In this document: piece by piece, positions 51,701-59,133 of the stretch
Numbering within the stretch: position 1 is the stretch's first letter
Layout of the letters: the number at the start of each line of letters is the position of its first letter
NCBI RefSeq assembly: GCF_001194135.2
Contig: NC_068991.1
Coordinates: 40,574,481 to 40,638,480 of the forward strand
Reading direction: 5' to 3'
DNA: 64,000 bases
Origin: Octopus bimaculoides
Lineage: Eukaryota
Translations under genes and position numbers: made by a program
Notes under the pieces: generated by a model
The model's database searches: none
What the model was told of the DNA's origin: nothing
What the model saw: the letters and a program-made list of their open reading frames with translations, nothing else

Positions 51701-54700
51701 TTTTAAAGTAACCTACACATATTCAATGTACTTACTTTATAATTAGAAGATTGCATCATCAACAGGGTGAGGTTCCTCTTTGTAACGATGTCCTTGCCCT
51801 TCTTTTAATTTAGCACAAAGCTCTGCATTGGGTGTATAAGTTGTGCAGTTTACATCATGAAAAAGACTTTTTGAATGTAACCAAGCATTAATTGTTTGGG
51901 TATGCAGTTTAGACCTATTCTTGACTTTAATGTTATTTAGGACTGAAAATATTCTCTTGGCTGCAGTTGAAGAATGTGGTAATGATAGGAGCTGAAACAT
52001 AAAGCATGATAGGACTGCATAAAAAGCTTCATCTCCAGATTTTTCCTTAGAAATTTCAAACCAATAATCTTCTGGTTTGGTAGCTTCAGTTTTGTCATTG
52101 TTATCTTGAAGTTTAAGTTCACTCCATTCTTTATTAAGAGCTTCAATCTGACTCTCCTGAACAATATTTGGAAATTTGCATGCCAGAGGAACAATTGAAC
52201 TTGGACCATTGTAATCATGAATACTAACTGGGTCTAGTGCCTCTAGAAGCTTCAGGTTAAGGAAGAAATCATATGCAAAGAAGTGCTGAAAAATTTCCTT
52301 TACAAGGCACACATAAAAATTTTATGTTTTTGCATGAAATTATCTCAATTCATTTGTACTAATAGATGAAACTTCCTTTATGTAGATGCTTTCAGCTTTT
52401 GCTCCTCTGTAAATTTCAATTATGGGAAGATACACTAATGGATCATTGATATTAATTTCATGTAGCTCTTTATTTTTAACAATTTCTTTTTTAACAAAAT
52501 TGCCAAGTATTCATTTAACAGTACATTTAATAGAATTGTGCAGTTTGTGCATTCTATAGCTTTCTGATTGGAAATCTAAGTTCAACTTAATAATATCTGG
52601 CAAAATATATGCTAAAGATGCATAATACATTTCTGTGATTGGATTTGTTAATGAGTTCAGCACATTTGAAGCTGCACTGTTGTTATCTTCAGTAGCAGCA
52701 GTAATAAAGAATAACACTAGAGCAGGCCACTGTTCTAGTATTCTTTTGACAACTTGTTCTAAAGATAACTTTCTTTTATTAGCCACACAGGGCTGCACAC
52801 AGAGGAACAAATACAACTGTAGAGCTTTTCTTTAAAAAANNNNNNNNNNNNNNNNNNNNNNNNNNNNNNNNNNNNNNNNNNNNNNNNNNNNNNNNNNNNN
52901 NNNNNNNNNNNNNNNNNNNNNNNNNNNNNNNNNNNNNNNNNNNNNNNNNNNNNNNNNNNNNNNNNNNNNNNNNNNNNNNNNNNNNNNNNNNNNNNNNNNN
53001 NNNNNNNNNNNNNNNNNNNNNNNNNNNNNNNNNNNNNNNNNNNNNNNNNNNNNNNNNNNNNNNNNNNNNNNNNNNNNNNNNNNNNNNNNNNNNNNNNNNN
53101 NNNNNNNNNNNNNNNNNNNNNNNNNNNNNNNNNNNNNNNNNNNNNNNNNNNNNNNNNNNNNNNNNNNNNNNNNNNNNNNNNNNNNNNNNNNNNNNNNNNN
53201 NNNNNNNNNNNNNNNNNNNNNNNNNNNNNNNNNNNNNNNNNNNNNNNNNNNNNNNNNNNNNNNNNNNNNNNNNNNNNNNNNNNNNNNNNNNNNNNNNNNN
53301 NNNNNNNNNNNNNNNNNNNNNNNNNNNNNNNNNNNNNNNNNNNNNNNNNNNNNNNNNNNNNNNNNNNNNNNNNNNNNNNNNNNNNNNNNNNNNNNNNNNN
53401 NNNNNNNNNNNNNNNNNNNNNNNNNNNNNNNNNNNNNNNNNNNNNNNNNNNNNNNNNNNNNNNNNNNNNNNNNNNNNNNNNNNNNNNNNNNNNNNNNNNN
53501 NNNNNNNNNNNNNNNNNNNNNNNNNNNNNNNNNNNNNNNNNNNNNNNNNNNNNNNNNNNNNNNNNNNNNNNNNNNNNNNNNNNNNNNNNNNNNNNNNNNN
53601 NNNNNNNNNNNNNNNNNNNNNNNNNNNNNNNNNNNNNNNNNNNNNNNNNNNNNNNNNNNNNNNNNNNNNNNNNNNNNNNNNNNNNNNNNNNNNNNNNNNN
53701 NNNNNNNNNNNNNNNNNNNNNNNNNNNNNNNNNNNNNNNNNNNNNNNNNNNNNNNNNNNNNNNNNNNNNNNNNNNNNNNNNNNNNNNGTCGTCTATGAAA
53801 CGCCGGAGATGTCGCAGTCTCAGCGCATGTCTGTGCATCATCAACCACGGCATACCCAGCCCTCCATTTAGCAGCTGTTGACAGCAAATGGATCGCCTAA
53901 CCATCGGAACGCTTCCCTTCCACAAGAAGCGGAAGAGTATGCGTTCCAGTTTGGTGATGGTAGGGTCGGGACAAGGCACGACAGTCAGACGGTATTCGAT
54001 GACGGATGCTATGTACGCGTTCGCCACCTCCACCCGACCTTTTAGGGATAGCTTCTTCTCAGTCCATTGCCGGGTGAGAGTGACCACCCTAGTCGTTATT
54101 TCGCCCCAGTTCTTCTCCATTTGGAGGTCCGGACCGAACCAGACTGCAACTTACATGTAATAATTTATGAGGATTTGTTTGAATAAATGCCTGAAATTCT
54201 TCATATTCCTGCAGTCTCTTTGGGCTATTTGAGAGGAATGAATATATGCTTCTAGCAAGTTCTAAGCATGAAGTTAATTCTGAACACGCCTTTGATGTAC
54301 AGATATGCATAGAGTGACAGACACAACCCTGAATAAAGAGAGAGGGAACTTTGTTCTTTAGTAATGCCTGCACACTTCCCTTCTGTCCCATCATTACACT
54401 AGCATTGTCACTGGCAAATCCTCTCAAATTTTCAAAGGGAATGTTATGTAAGGTGAAGAATCTTTCAATAGAGGAAAAAATTCCATTAGCAGAGCAATCC
54501 TTGGCTTCCAAAAGAATCAAACAACTATCAATAATTTTTTTGAGTGCTGCAATCATAAAATCTAGCTAACAGAACAAGCTGGTTTTTTTGTACTTACATC
54601 AGTAGTTTCATCAACAATTAATAAAAACTTGCACTCTTAACTGTTTAATGAGGTTTTCAAAGTAATAAGGGCCTAAAACATTTTATATATTTGAGTAGCT

Positions 54701-55252
54701 TTGGTTCTTGCACATTTGATATCTTTAACTATTTTGGAATCAGGACATGCATTTTGAATTAGTCCAGGTAAATGATCCATAAGTCTCACTGGTAAGTTAT
54801 GTTTTGCAGCTGCTATGTTTGTAATATGAACAGAAGTTGTACACTGCAAAAATTCGGTCAGTTTTCTACTTTTAATTTCTGAATTAACATTTTTAATATG
54901 CTGTTGTGTTTGAGGAGAGTCATTCTCTTTTAGTGCCTTATAGTGCTTCAACACACGAACTCACATAAAGAATCTTACAAACCAAATCCAAAAACAAAAT
55001 TTTTAATATGTTAAAACAAAAATACATATAAGGAAAACCTTATCTTTATTGTAGAATTCACCTTATAAAGTCAGCAATTGTTTCTATTGGATAAATATAT
55101 ATAGATATAAAAATGATATTTGGATCTACTTGTTATACATGAGGAATTACCTTGGATGCGTATTCTACTTACATTTACTGGTGTCTGGTTGTTGGATATA
55201 GTTAACCAAATTTGTTTAAAACTGAGTGCTTTGAATTTTTTAATCTCTTTTT

Positions 55253-55332
<80 letters not shown>

Positions 55333-56251
55333 TTCCCCAGGGCTAGACATGTTTTTCACAGATTAGAATCAAACAACAGTACCTGCATGACAGTGATGTA
55401 TGTTTACAATCATCAAGTGACATCAAGACAAGAGTACACATAAACACACACAATGCATACATGTGTATGTGTATGTGTGTGTGTCAGTCAGGCTTCTTTC
55501 AGTTTACCTCTTCCAAATCCACTCACAAGGCTTTGGTCAGGTGAAAGCTATAGTGGAAGACATTTGCCCAAGATGTTGCACAGTAGAACTGAACCCAAGA
55601 CCACACAACTGGAAAGCAATCTTCTTGACTACACAGCTATGCCTACCCCTATCTCTGAAATACACATTTTTCAACTACTGAGACCATAGTGATTTATTTG
55701 GTACAGAAATATAAAGTGAGTGGGGATTATAATTAACTGAAATATTTAATGAAATTAACACCTTGTCTCTTTCACAAAATTTCAAGTACTAGTGTGCCTA
55801 AAATGTATAATACTGGGTAGTAAAGAAATGAAAGTATTGAAAATTGTGGATTTGGTTTAATTAAGTAAAATCTATTTCAAGTACACTGGTAATTTATGAA
55901 ATCCACAAAGGAGTTGAGAAAATGACTGGACATCAAGGGTACTGACTACTATGGATGTGTAATGTGAAAAAAATGTGGTTAATGAATGAAAACTTAAAGC
56001 TCTAGATTAAAATTAAAAACTCAGAAAATAGTTTAAAATCCACTTGGTAATATGGAGTCTCATGAATAAGAAGATACAGGCACAAAACTCTGTGTAAAAT
56101 GTTGTGTTGTCCACTTATCTATATTTGATTGTTTTCTATCACCAGGATGAAAAGTCAGAATGATGAACTAAAATCATTGAAATCAGAAAATACTTTGTTA
56201 ATAAATGAGAATACCAAGGTATATGAAGAACTGAATAAAATGAAGGAGATG
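15914..56251 (+). CDS. NUMA1: Multi-exon NuMA-like (Hook/NuMA N-terminal domain + coiled coil) gene, 5' part; 10 coding exons, 3' end not in evidence
   Basis: Manual splicing of exons 15914-15949, 17875-17960, 24527-24594, 26063-26130, 28530-28704, 31085-31120, 38314-38372, 45912-46032, 47246-47363, 56146-56251 (873 nt, all GT-AG, phases 0,2,1,0,1,1,0,1,2,0) gives an open frame: MDLSKKDVLIQW-LNKINPHLVIESLSDLREGEQFIALLNKI-KDTSHDVTTRKERFEIIQKFIED-KYDYKLVEQVNFDKADELDFAK-IAVLVLAAGVKGEPQEEFMKAALSLNVQSQLEIMSILKQAL...LKKLDHELEYERHHCFELECNFKAYQKIISSKDDKIQELNNQIRELKKL... It resembles the NuMA N-terminus (ELELAKMTMLLL; LKKQLADER..ELE) and the Hook-domain fold. The symbol is by resemblance; orthology is untested. 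Confidence 0.8.
16100..16875 (+). mobile_element. RTE-type LINE endonuclease (5' fragment)
   Basis: RVGTVNVGTLKG, VDVCCTQEVRW, ISAYAPQ, AGDFNGHVG, QIDFIL (APE motifs), one frameshift. Confidence 0.9.
16880..17808 (+). mobile_element. Mariner family C, 5'-truncated, with an internal 68-bp tandem duplication
   Basis: KWVPYEL, TFDEKWI, LQDNARPH, YSPDLDPTD; 3' TIR ...tttcatacttgacgacctaa + TA. Confidence 0.9.
17875..17960 (+). CDS. NUMA1: NuMA-like coding exon 2 (LNKINPHLVIESLSDLREGEQFIALLNK)
   Basis: ttcttcccttccag| ... CAAAAT|gtaagt; 86 nt, phase 0 to 2; CH-like motif ESLSDLREG. Confidence 0.88.
18015..22125 (+). mobile_element. Compact full-length Gypsy LTR retrotransposon (4.1 kb, decayed), 5-bp TSD TGAAC
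   Basis: LTRs 18015-18318 and 21843-22125 (TG..CA); CCHC knuckle CYWCRQAGHITRNC, protease LVDTGC, RT NIDDIL, RNase H WCDAS, integrase GIMER, in PR-RT-RH-INT order; TGAAC at 18010-18014 and 22126-22130. Confidence 0.92.
22540..23300 (-). mobile_element. Highly decayed retroelement remnant, possibly Penelope-like
   Basis: Purine-rich plus strand; minus-strand remnant IPFSQL resembles the Penelope SIPFSQFLRL motif; weak. Confidence 0.3.
23340..23560 (-). mobile_element. RTE LINE ORF 3' end
   Basis: Minus strand HVMCMEDDC...RRGKSKKTWNKVVK, the same region as 31480-31865 and 39420-39750. Confidence 0.75.
23643..23871. mobile_element. Fold-back MITE-like element with long imperfect inverted arms
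   Basis: gtgtagattgcaattatatcagaattt vs aaattccgatataattgtaatctacac, plus outer arms gaaaactgggtatttttaagtgaaaattt vs aaatttcattaaaaaatatccatatttc. Confidence 0.7.
24527..24594 (+). CDS. NUMA1: NuMA-like coding exon 3 (KDTSHDVTTRKERFEIIQKFIE)
   Basis: ttgttttatttag| ... GAGG|gtatgt; 68 nt, phase 2 to 1; ERFEII parallels NuMA ERLDFV. Confidence 0.85.
24965..25024. repeat. 18-bp tandem repeat, 3.3 perfect copies (gtcactggcctactcact)
   Basis: Direct reading. Confidence 0.95.
25185..25742 (+). mobile_element. Two adjacent RTE-tail SINE copies with (TGA)n tails
   Basis: gggcatccaactgtaaaaagcc...catgtcagcatggacaacggacattaaatgatgatgatgat; a shorter copy ends at about 25330. Confidence 0.75.
25815..25955 (-). 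mobile_element. SINE fragment
   Basis: Minus strand attctgagttcaaattctgccaaggatgactttgcctttcattctttcggggttgataaaataagtac (B-box region). Confidence 0.7.
26063..26130 (+). CDS. NUMA1: NuMA-like coding exon 4 (KYDYKLVEQVNFDKADELDFAK)
   Basis: ctttgtttctag| ... GCCAAG|gtaagc; 68 nt, phase 1 to 0; ELDFAK parallels NuMA ELELAK. Confidence 0.87.
27696..28458 (+). mobile_element. tRNA-headed SINE followed by an RTE-type tail with internal short tandem repeats
   Basis: A-box tggtctagtgg, B-box-like ggttttaattcc; repeated gtgcc..cacataa.aagcac units at 28070-28290; (TGA)n tail at 28445. Confidence 0.7.
28530..28704 (+). CDS. NUMA1: NuMA-like coding exon 5 (IAVLVLAAGVKGEPQEEFMKAALSLNVQSQLEIMSILKQALTLPLYNLQLDNLFTHKH)
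   Basis: ttatttcag| ... CATT|gtgagt; 175 nt, phase 0 to 1; matches the Hook-domain C-terminal helices (LLL.A..V....EEF......L....Q..IM..I.Q.L). Confidence 0.9.
29007..29392 (-). mobile_element. Solo LTR with 5-bp TSD CAATT
   Basis: Minus strand starts TGTAGTGACGTCA, has AATAAA near its 3' end and ends (plus strand) T[G]TAGGAG; CAATT at 29002-29006 and 29393-29397; CpGs retained. Confidence 0.65.
29611..30829 (+). mobile_element. Mariner family D, full-length defective copy
   Basis: TA-flanked TIRs gaggatgggctgaaaagttca..ggctgac / gtcagcctatgaacttttcagctgaccct; QDNAPA, PPYSSELVPSEYHLF. Confidence 0.9.
31085..31120 (+). CDS. NUMA1: NuMA-like coding exon 6, 36-nt symmetric mini-exon (EIFDSENNEHS)
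   Basis: cattttacaattttccag| ... TTCAG|gtcagt; phase 1 to 1, open frame. It has no sequence similarity to support it and is skippable without frameshift. Confidence 0.6.
31155..31865 (-). mobile_element. RTE LINE 3' end (ORF end + 3' UTR + (TGA)n tail)
   Basis: Minus strand LSLRVKGRLYDACVFTAMLHGSETWAV..., contiguous with the SINE-like tail ending in (TCA)n at 31155. Confidence 0.85.
32545..32925 (+). mobile_element. Near-complete tRNA-derived SINE
   Basis: Head ggcatggctgtgtgataag...gggttcagatc, central (TA)n, body matching 11355-11570. Confidence 0.8.
33100..34997 (-). mobile_element. MULE (Mutator-like) DNA transposon, defective
   Basis: FLYWCH-like WRCNE; MULE motifs WLADRTFKMTPSIF, LIDFEIA, TNNAIEGWH; repetitive TIR-like ends (agcgaagtcattttg..aaagtt) at about 33115-33190 and 34870-34997. 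Confidence 0.85.
36313..37771 (+). mobile_element. Mariner family A, copy 2 (both TIRs, defective, carries a retro-type insertion)
   Basis: TIR ttgagtcatcccataaataatgcag and aaaaaactgcattatttacgggatga; FHQDNARPHT, YLPDIAPSDYHIF. Confidence 0.93.
37539..37704. mobile_element. 166-bp insertion with an 18-19-bp TSD and an internal ~50-bp hairpin
   Basis: TSD tttgtttatctta(a)ttttg at 37521-37538 and 37705-37723 (single in mariner copy 3); arms 37591-37639 / 37656-37705. Confidence 0.85.
37774..38112. mobile_element. Inverted-repeat (MITE-like) element with a microsatellite-like core
   Basis: aatagaaat..ttttctgata..tttccactttaataattag.tgttt.taa mirrored at 38048-38112. Confidence 0.65.
38314..38372 (+). 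CDS. NUMA1: NuMA-like coding exon 7 (MSYHDTSWSSDKSAIHANY)
   Basis: Strong acceptor tttttcatctaccttctattgtag and donor TAT|gtaagt; 59 nt, phase 1 to 0, which is the phase switch needed between exons 5/6 and exon 8. Confidence 0.68.
38690..39035. repeat. Unclassified dispersed repeat, copy 2
   Basis: Collinear with 6995-7345. Confidence 0.8.
39250..39750 (-). mobile_element. RTE LINE 3' end
   Basis: RLCWFGHVMSIDEDSCVKKC...GRGRPRKTWDEVVRKDLRTL followed by the 3' UTR. Confidence 0.85.
40030..40790 (+). mobile_element. Mariner family E remnant
   Basis: EQRSVI*FLWSE...YEWIKKF*NG and SAENVMLTVFWD motifs. Confidence 0.7.
40990..41330 (+). mobile_element. Penelope-like GIY-YIG C-terminal remnant
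   Basis: KKCKLCIAEK and LNRT...LVS*CP resemble the Penelope CxLCxxEK / LNKRSELVSKCPH ending. Confidence 0.5.
41845..42022 (+). mobile_element. RTE-tail SINE copy
   Basis: gacattaagaagggcatccagctg...ccaacccatg...aaatgaagatggtgatgatg. Confidence 0.7.
42062..42823. mobile_element. Non-autonomous DNA transposon (~760 bp) with TIRs
   Basis: tcttttctgtttggctgc(c)ac at the left and gtgcagccaaacagaaaaga at the right; no ORF; TSD not recognised. Confidence 0.7.
43165..43290 (-). mobile_element. tRNA-derived SINE 5' part (decayed)
   Basis: Homologous to 9935-10092. Confidence 0.6.
43721..44962. repeat. Minisatellite, ~26-bp unit GCATTCATGTTTGCCTGCTTGCTGTA, roughly 45-50 degenerate copies
   Basis: Direct reading of recurring gtagcattcatgtttgcctgcttgct units with 4-nt indels. 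Confidence 0.95.
45912..46032 (+). CDS. NUMA1: NuMA-like coding exon 8 (EIKEKNMLLKKLDHELEYERHHCFELECNFKAYQKIISSK)
   Basis: cttttacatgtattag| ... AAAG|gtaatg; 121 nt, phase 0 to 1; start of the coiled coil, parallels NuMA MRRLKKQLADERSNRDELELEL. Confidence 0.85.
46085..46245 (-). mobile_element. RTE-tail SINE copy (1640-type)
   Basis: (TCA)n tail then ttttctacagcctgatgcccttcctgtcacc...aaagtaatatttcc. Confidence 0.7.
46555..46785 (+). mobile_element. RTE-tail SINE copy
   Basis: cagccgtagaaacc...cccatgccagcatggaaaaatgaacattaaatattgatgatg. Confidence 0.7.
46975..47048 (-). mobile_element. tRNA-like SINE head
   Basis: Minus strand A-box TGGCTAAATGG, B-box GGTTCGATCCC; no cloverleaf. Confidence 0.65.
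47246..47363 (+). CDS. NUMA1: NuMA-like coding exon 9 (DKIQELNNQIRELKKLQDQIDDYHNLKDEYDKLEATAT)
   Basis: ttctggattctttag| ... ACAAA|gtatgt; 118 nt, phase 1 to 2; heptad coiled coil. Confidence 0.88.
47598..51290 (-). mobile_element. Gypsy LTR retrotransposon (3' LTR + pol + part of gag, decayed; 5' LTR not found)
   Basis: PPT aagggggaga followed by TGTAGTG at 47778; integrase HIDF...VVDSF...IVSDNGTQF...YHPRSNGQTE; RNase H YNQIEKEAL; RT AYLDDIL at about 49850. Confidence 0.88.
51540..54900 (-). mobile_element. hAT transposon (ZBED/ZNF862-like transposase), fragmented by a gap and a LINE
   Basis: GFASDNASVM, CVCHSMH, dimerisation-domain LSLPHSSTAAKRIFS; TIR-like ccaggtttgccaa at 51542; stops and frameshifts. 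Confidence 0.85.
53788..54158 (-). mobile_element. Tx1/L1-type LINE RT C-terminal fragment, GC- and CpG-rich
   Basis: W...KLSLKGRVEVAN..I.S...Y...V...P......LERILFRFLW...GGLGMP; runs into the N-gap. Confidence 0.8.
54900..54996. repeat. Second, internally inverted copy of the short repeat at 37539-37704
   Basis: tgttgtgtttgaggagagtcattctcttttagtgccttata followed by the reverse complement of tttggatttggtttg(c/t)aagattctttatgtgagttc(a/g)tgtgttgaagc. Confidence 0.8.
55258..55332. repeat. Compound (CA)n(TA)n(GA)n microsatellite
   Basis: Direct reading. Confidence 0.95.
55490..55650 (-). mobile_element. tRNA-derived SINE 5' part
   Basis: Homologous to 9935-10092. Confidence 0.75.
56146..56251 (+). 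CDS. NUMA1: NuMA-like coding exon 10 (MKSQNDELKSLKSENTLLINENTKVYEELNKMKEM)
   Basis: ttttctatcaccag| ... GAGATG|gtatgt; 106 nt, phase 2 to 0; coiled coil. It ends in a donor, so the gene continues. Confidence 0.85.
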
Positions 56252-56659
56252 GTATGTAAAAAGTTGGGGGGAGAGGAAGTGATAATTGGATGGTTTATAC
56301 ACTGACATTTTAATTGAAATATCACTTATTATTTTTCTCTGGCTTTCTCTATTTCTCTGTCTATTTTTCTCACATTCATCATTGATTCCACTATTTCTGC
56401 ATCTCCCTTTTTCCTCTCCCCCACTCAAACCCTCTTAGTTTCTCTCTTGCTGCATTTCACTACTTTTTTCCTCCTCCTCCTCCTTCTATACTAATGTTGC
56501 CACTTCTACTATAATTATAAGTACCAACTGTTCCTTTATTTTACTCTGAACTACTTCCTTTCGCATGACATAAGAGGCAGGTAGATAGGTACTACTGTAT
56601 TAATTATAGATATGTTTATATAAGATATATATATATATATATATATATATACCCACACA

Positions 56660-57513
56660 CAGGGTGCAGTGAATAAACTGTTGTCTAAATTACGCAAAAA
56701 TGAAAATAACACTGACAACTCATTTTAAAAGATATATTTCCCAAGATTACATAAAAGTATCTTGAAATACTAAAGAGCAAATTTATTCAATAAAATTGTC
56801 ATTGACTTGAACCATGGCCTCCAGAGGACTTCGGAACTTCCTGTAACTCTTCTGGTCTGTCTCCTTGTTTAAGTTGGTAAATGTTGCCATAATCCTTGCC
56901 TTCAGTTTCTCTTTCGTGTTATGAGGAGTTTTGTTGGTCTCTCACTCAACTATGCCTGACACATAATAATCAAGGGGGTTGCAGTCTGGGGAGTTAGGTG
57001 GCCAGATGTTAGGAGTGATGTGGTCACAGAAATTGTCTGGCAGCCATGACTGGGTTCTCCTTGTATGGTATGGTACAGAATCCTGTTGCCAGACATAGGG
57101 TCTTCCAGCAGACACCCTTTTAACTCAAGGCAACACTATCTCCTCCAAGCACTTGATGTAGGCCTCCATGTTGAGTCTAAGGCCATGTGGGAAGATGAAT
57201 GGAGGCATAACATTGCCATCACTCCAAACGTCATGATGTTGACTGGATGTTTGATTTTTATCACTCTCAGTACATGTCTTCAGACTGAGGTGCAAACACT
57301 CTGAAATTATCATATTAGAGCTTCTGGTTCGAATACCAAGCAGTACAGCATGTTGTTTCCAAATTTCTGGCAGAGTGAATTGCCTCATGGTGCTGTTTTT
57401 CTCACAGATGGTGCCCAACTTCTATACTGCATAGTTCACAAAATCAAAAACAAACAATGTGCATGCACGAAATTAAAAACATAAAATGGTGCCAATTTAC
57501 CCATCACACCCTG
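56660..57513 (-). mobile_element. Tc1/mariner superfamily element (maT-like), internally deleted
   Basis: Termini cagggtg...caccctg; minus strand WQQDSVPYHT and WPPNSPDCNPLDY. Confidence 0.8.
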
Positions 57514-57573
57514 TGTGTATGTGTGTGTGTGTATATATGTGTTTATATATTTGTGTGTATGCATATATATATA

Positions 57574-58821
57574 TTGGGTCATCCCATAAATAATGTGATT
57601 TTTATATACTTTTATTTTTCAAATTTAAGATAAACAAAGTTCTTTTTTAATCTAAAATATACTCTCCTTCATTTTCTGCAATGCTTTTCCATGTATCTGG
57701 TAGATTTGCAAGGCCCCTATTTCAAAATTCACTTGTCCGTGGTGAAAAATACTTCTCCAGTACTGTTCTGACCTCATCTACAGAATTAATATTTTGTCCA
57801 TCCAAATGATTTTGAAGACTGCAGAATAAATGATAATCAGATGGGGTGATGTCTGGCAAATATGGTGGGTGGGGCATCGTTTCCCATTCAAACTGCTCCA
57901 GCCTTTAGAATATCATCCTAGCTACATGTGGCCGAGCATTATCCTGATGGAAGAACACCTTTTGTCTTGAAAGATGGTCATTTTTCTTCTAGCACTCACT
58001 TAAGTTGCTCAAGCTGCTTGCAGTAGATCTCCTTTGTTATTGTTTGGTTTGGATTTAAAAGTTCAAAGTGGACTAAACCTTTCATATCCTACCAAACAGA
58101 TAACAACACTTTATGTGGATGAAGACCTTCTTTAGCCTGAGGTGTTGGTGTTTCTCCTTTCCCTACCTACTGTTTATGGCACTTGACATTTTTATAGAGA
58201 AAGCATTTCTCATCACCAGTAACTATTCGGCCCCAAAAAGGTCCAGCAAAGAAGAGCACATGTTTACTCTGTGCATACGATTAGACAGGAACCCATTAAC
58301 CCAACTTGCTAACTTTTCTGATGGCATACAGGTATTGATGAATGGTTGAATGACCAAATCCAAGCTTTTCTACTAGTTCCTAACAGTTATGATGTGAATT
58401 TTTTCACCAGAGTTTGCAGGATGTCCTCATCAAGCTCTACAGATGTCTCAGGATGAGGCTCGTCTTCTAGGCTGTAGTATCCAGCTCAGAATCTCTGGAA
58501 CCCCCATTGACACTGGCTTATACTTATTGTCCAATCTCCATATCCTGCATTAATATTCCTTGCACATTCTGTTGCATCATTGCCTTTATTGAACTCATAA
58601 AGCAAAATATGCTGAATATGCTCCTTTGTCTCTTCCATTATAGCTTTGAAAAAATAACTGTTAAAAGTGAACTACACTCTTCAAAACTTACACTAAGAAT
58701 AAGGACATGGTAAAATTACTACCTGTTTTTATAGCAAATTGTTGCAGGTAATTTATACCCATCCCACCCTGACTTTTAGTTCATCCAATTGAAAAAATTG
58801 CGTTATTTATGGGATGACCCC
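57574..58821 (-). mobile_element. Mariner family A, copy 3 (full-length, defective, antisense to host)
   Basis: Both TIRs (ttgggtcatcccataaataat / attatttatgggatgaccc); reverse complement of copies 1 and 2. Confidence 0.93.
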
Positions 58822-59133
58822 NNNNNNNNNNNNNNNNNNNNNNNNNNNNNNAACTGATGAGATCCAGACATTCTCAGTATAGAAGACAGTAGCTCTCAAG
58901 ATTCTGATGTCTTTACAGGGGATCAATTCCACAGGGTAAATGGCTATAAGAGGGATCAAGTTGAGCAAATATGGAAGCAAATATGCAAATATGCAAATAA
59001 ATGAAATATATTAAATATAACTGTTTGGGTATGAAATACAAAATATGTGTCTATGTATACATGTCAAACGAGAGAAAGCAACAAGTGAAGACTTTCAGAC
59101 GATGAATATTCAAGTATAAATGTATAGATATTT

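Noticed and set aside
51743-52312. Domesticated ZBED/ZNF862-type host gene
   Set aside because: The transposase is broken by stops, frameshifts and a LINE insertion, and a TIR-like end remains; a dead hAT explains it. The same holds for the MULE and Buster ORFs.
58975-59000. Tandem octamer motifs ATGCAAAT
   Set aside because: A short AT-rich slippage repeat with no supporting context.
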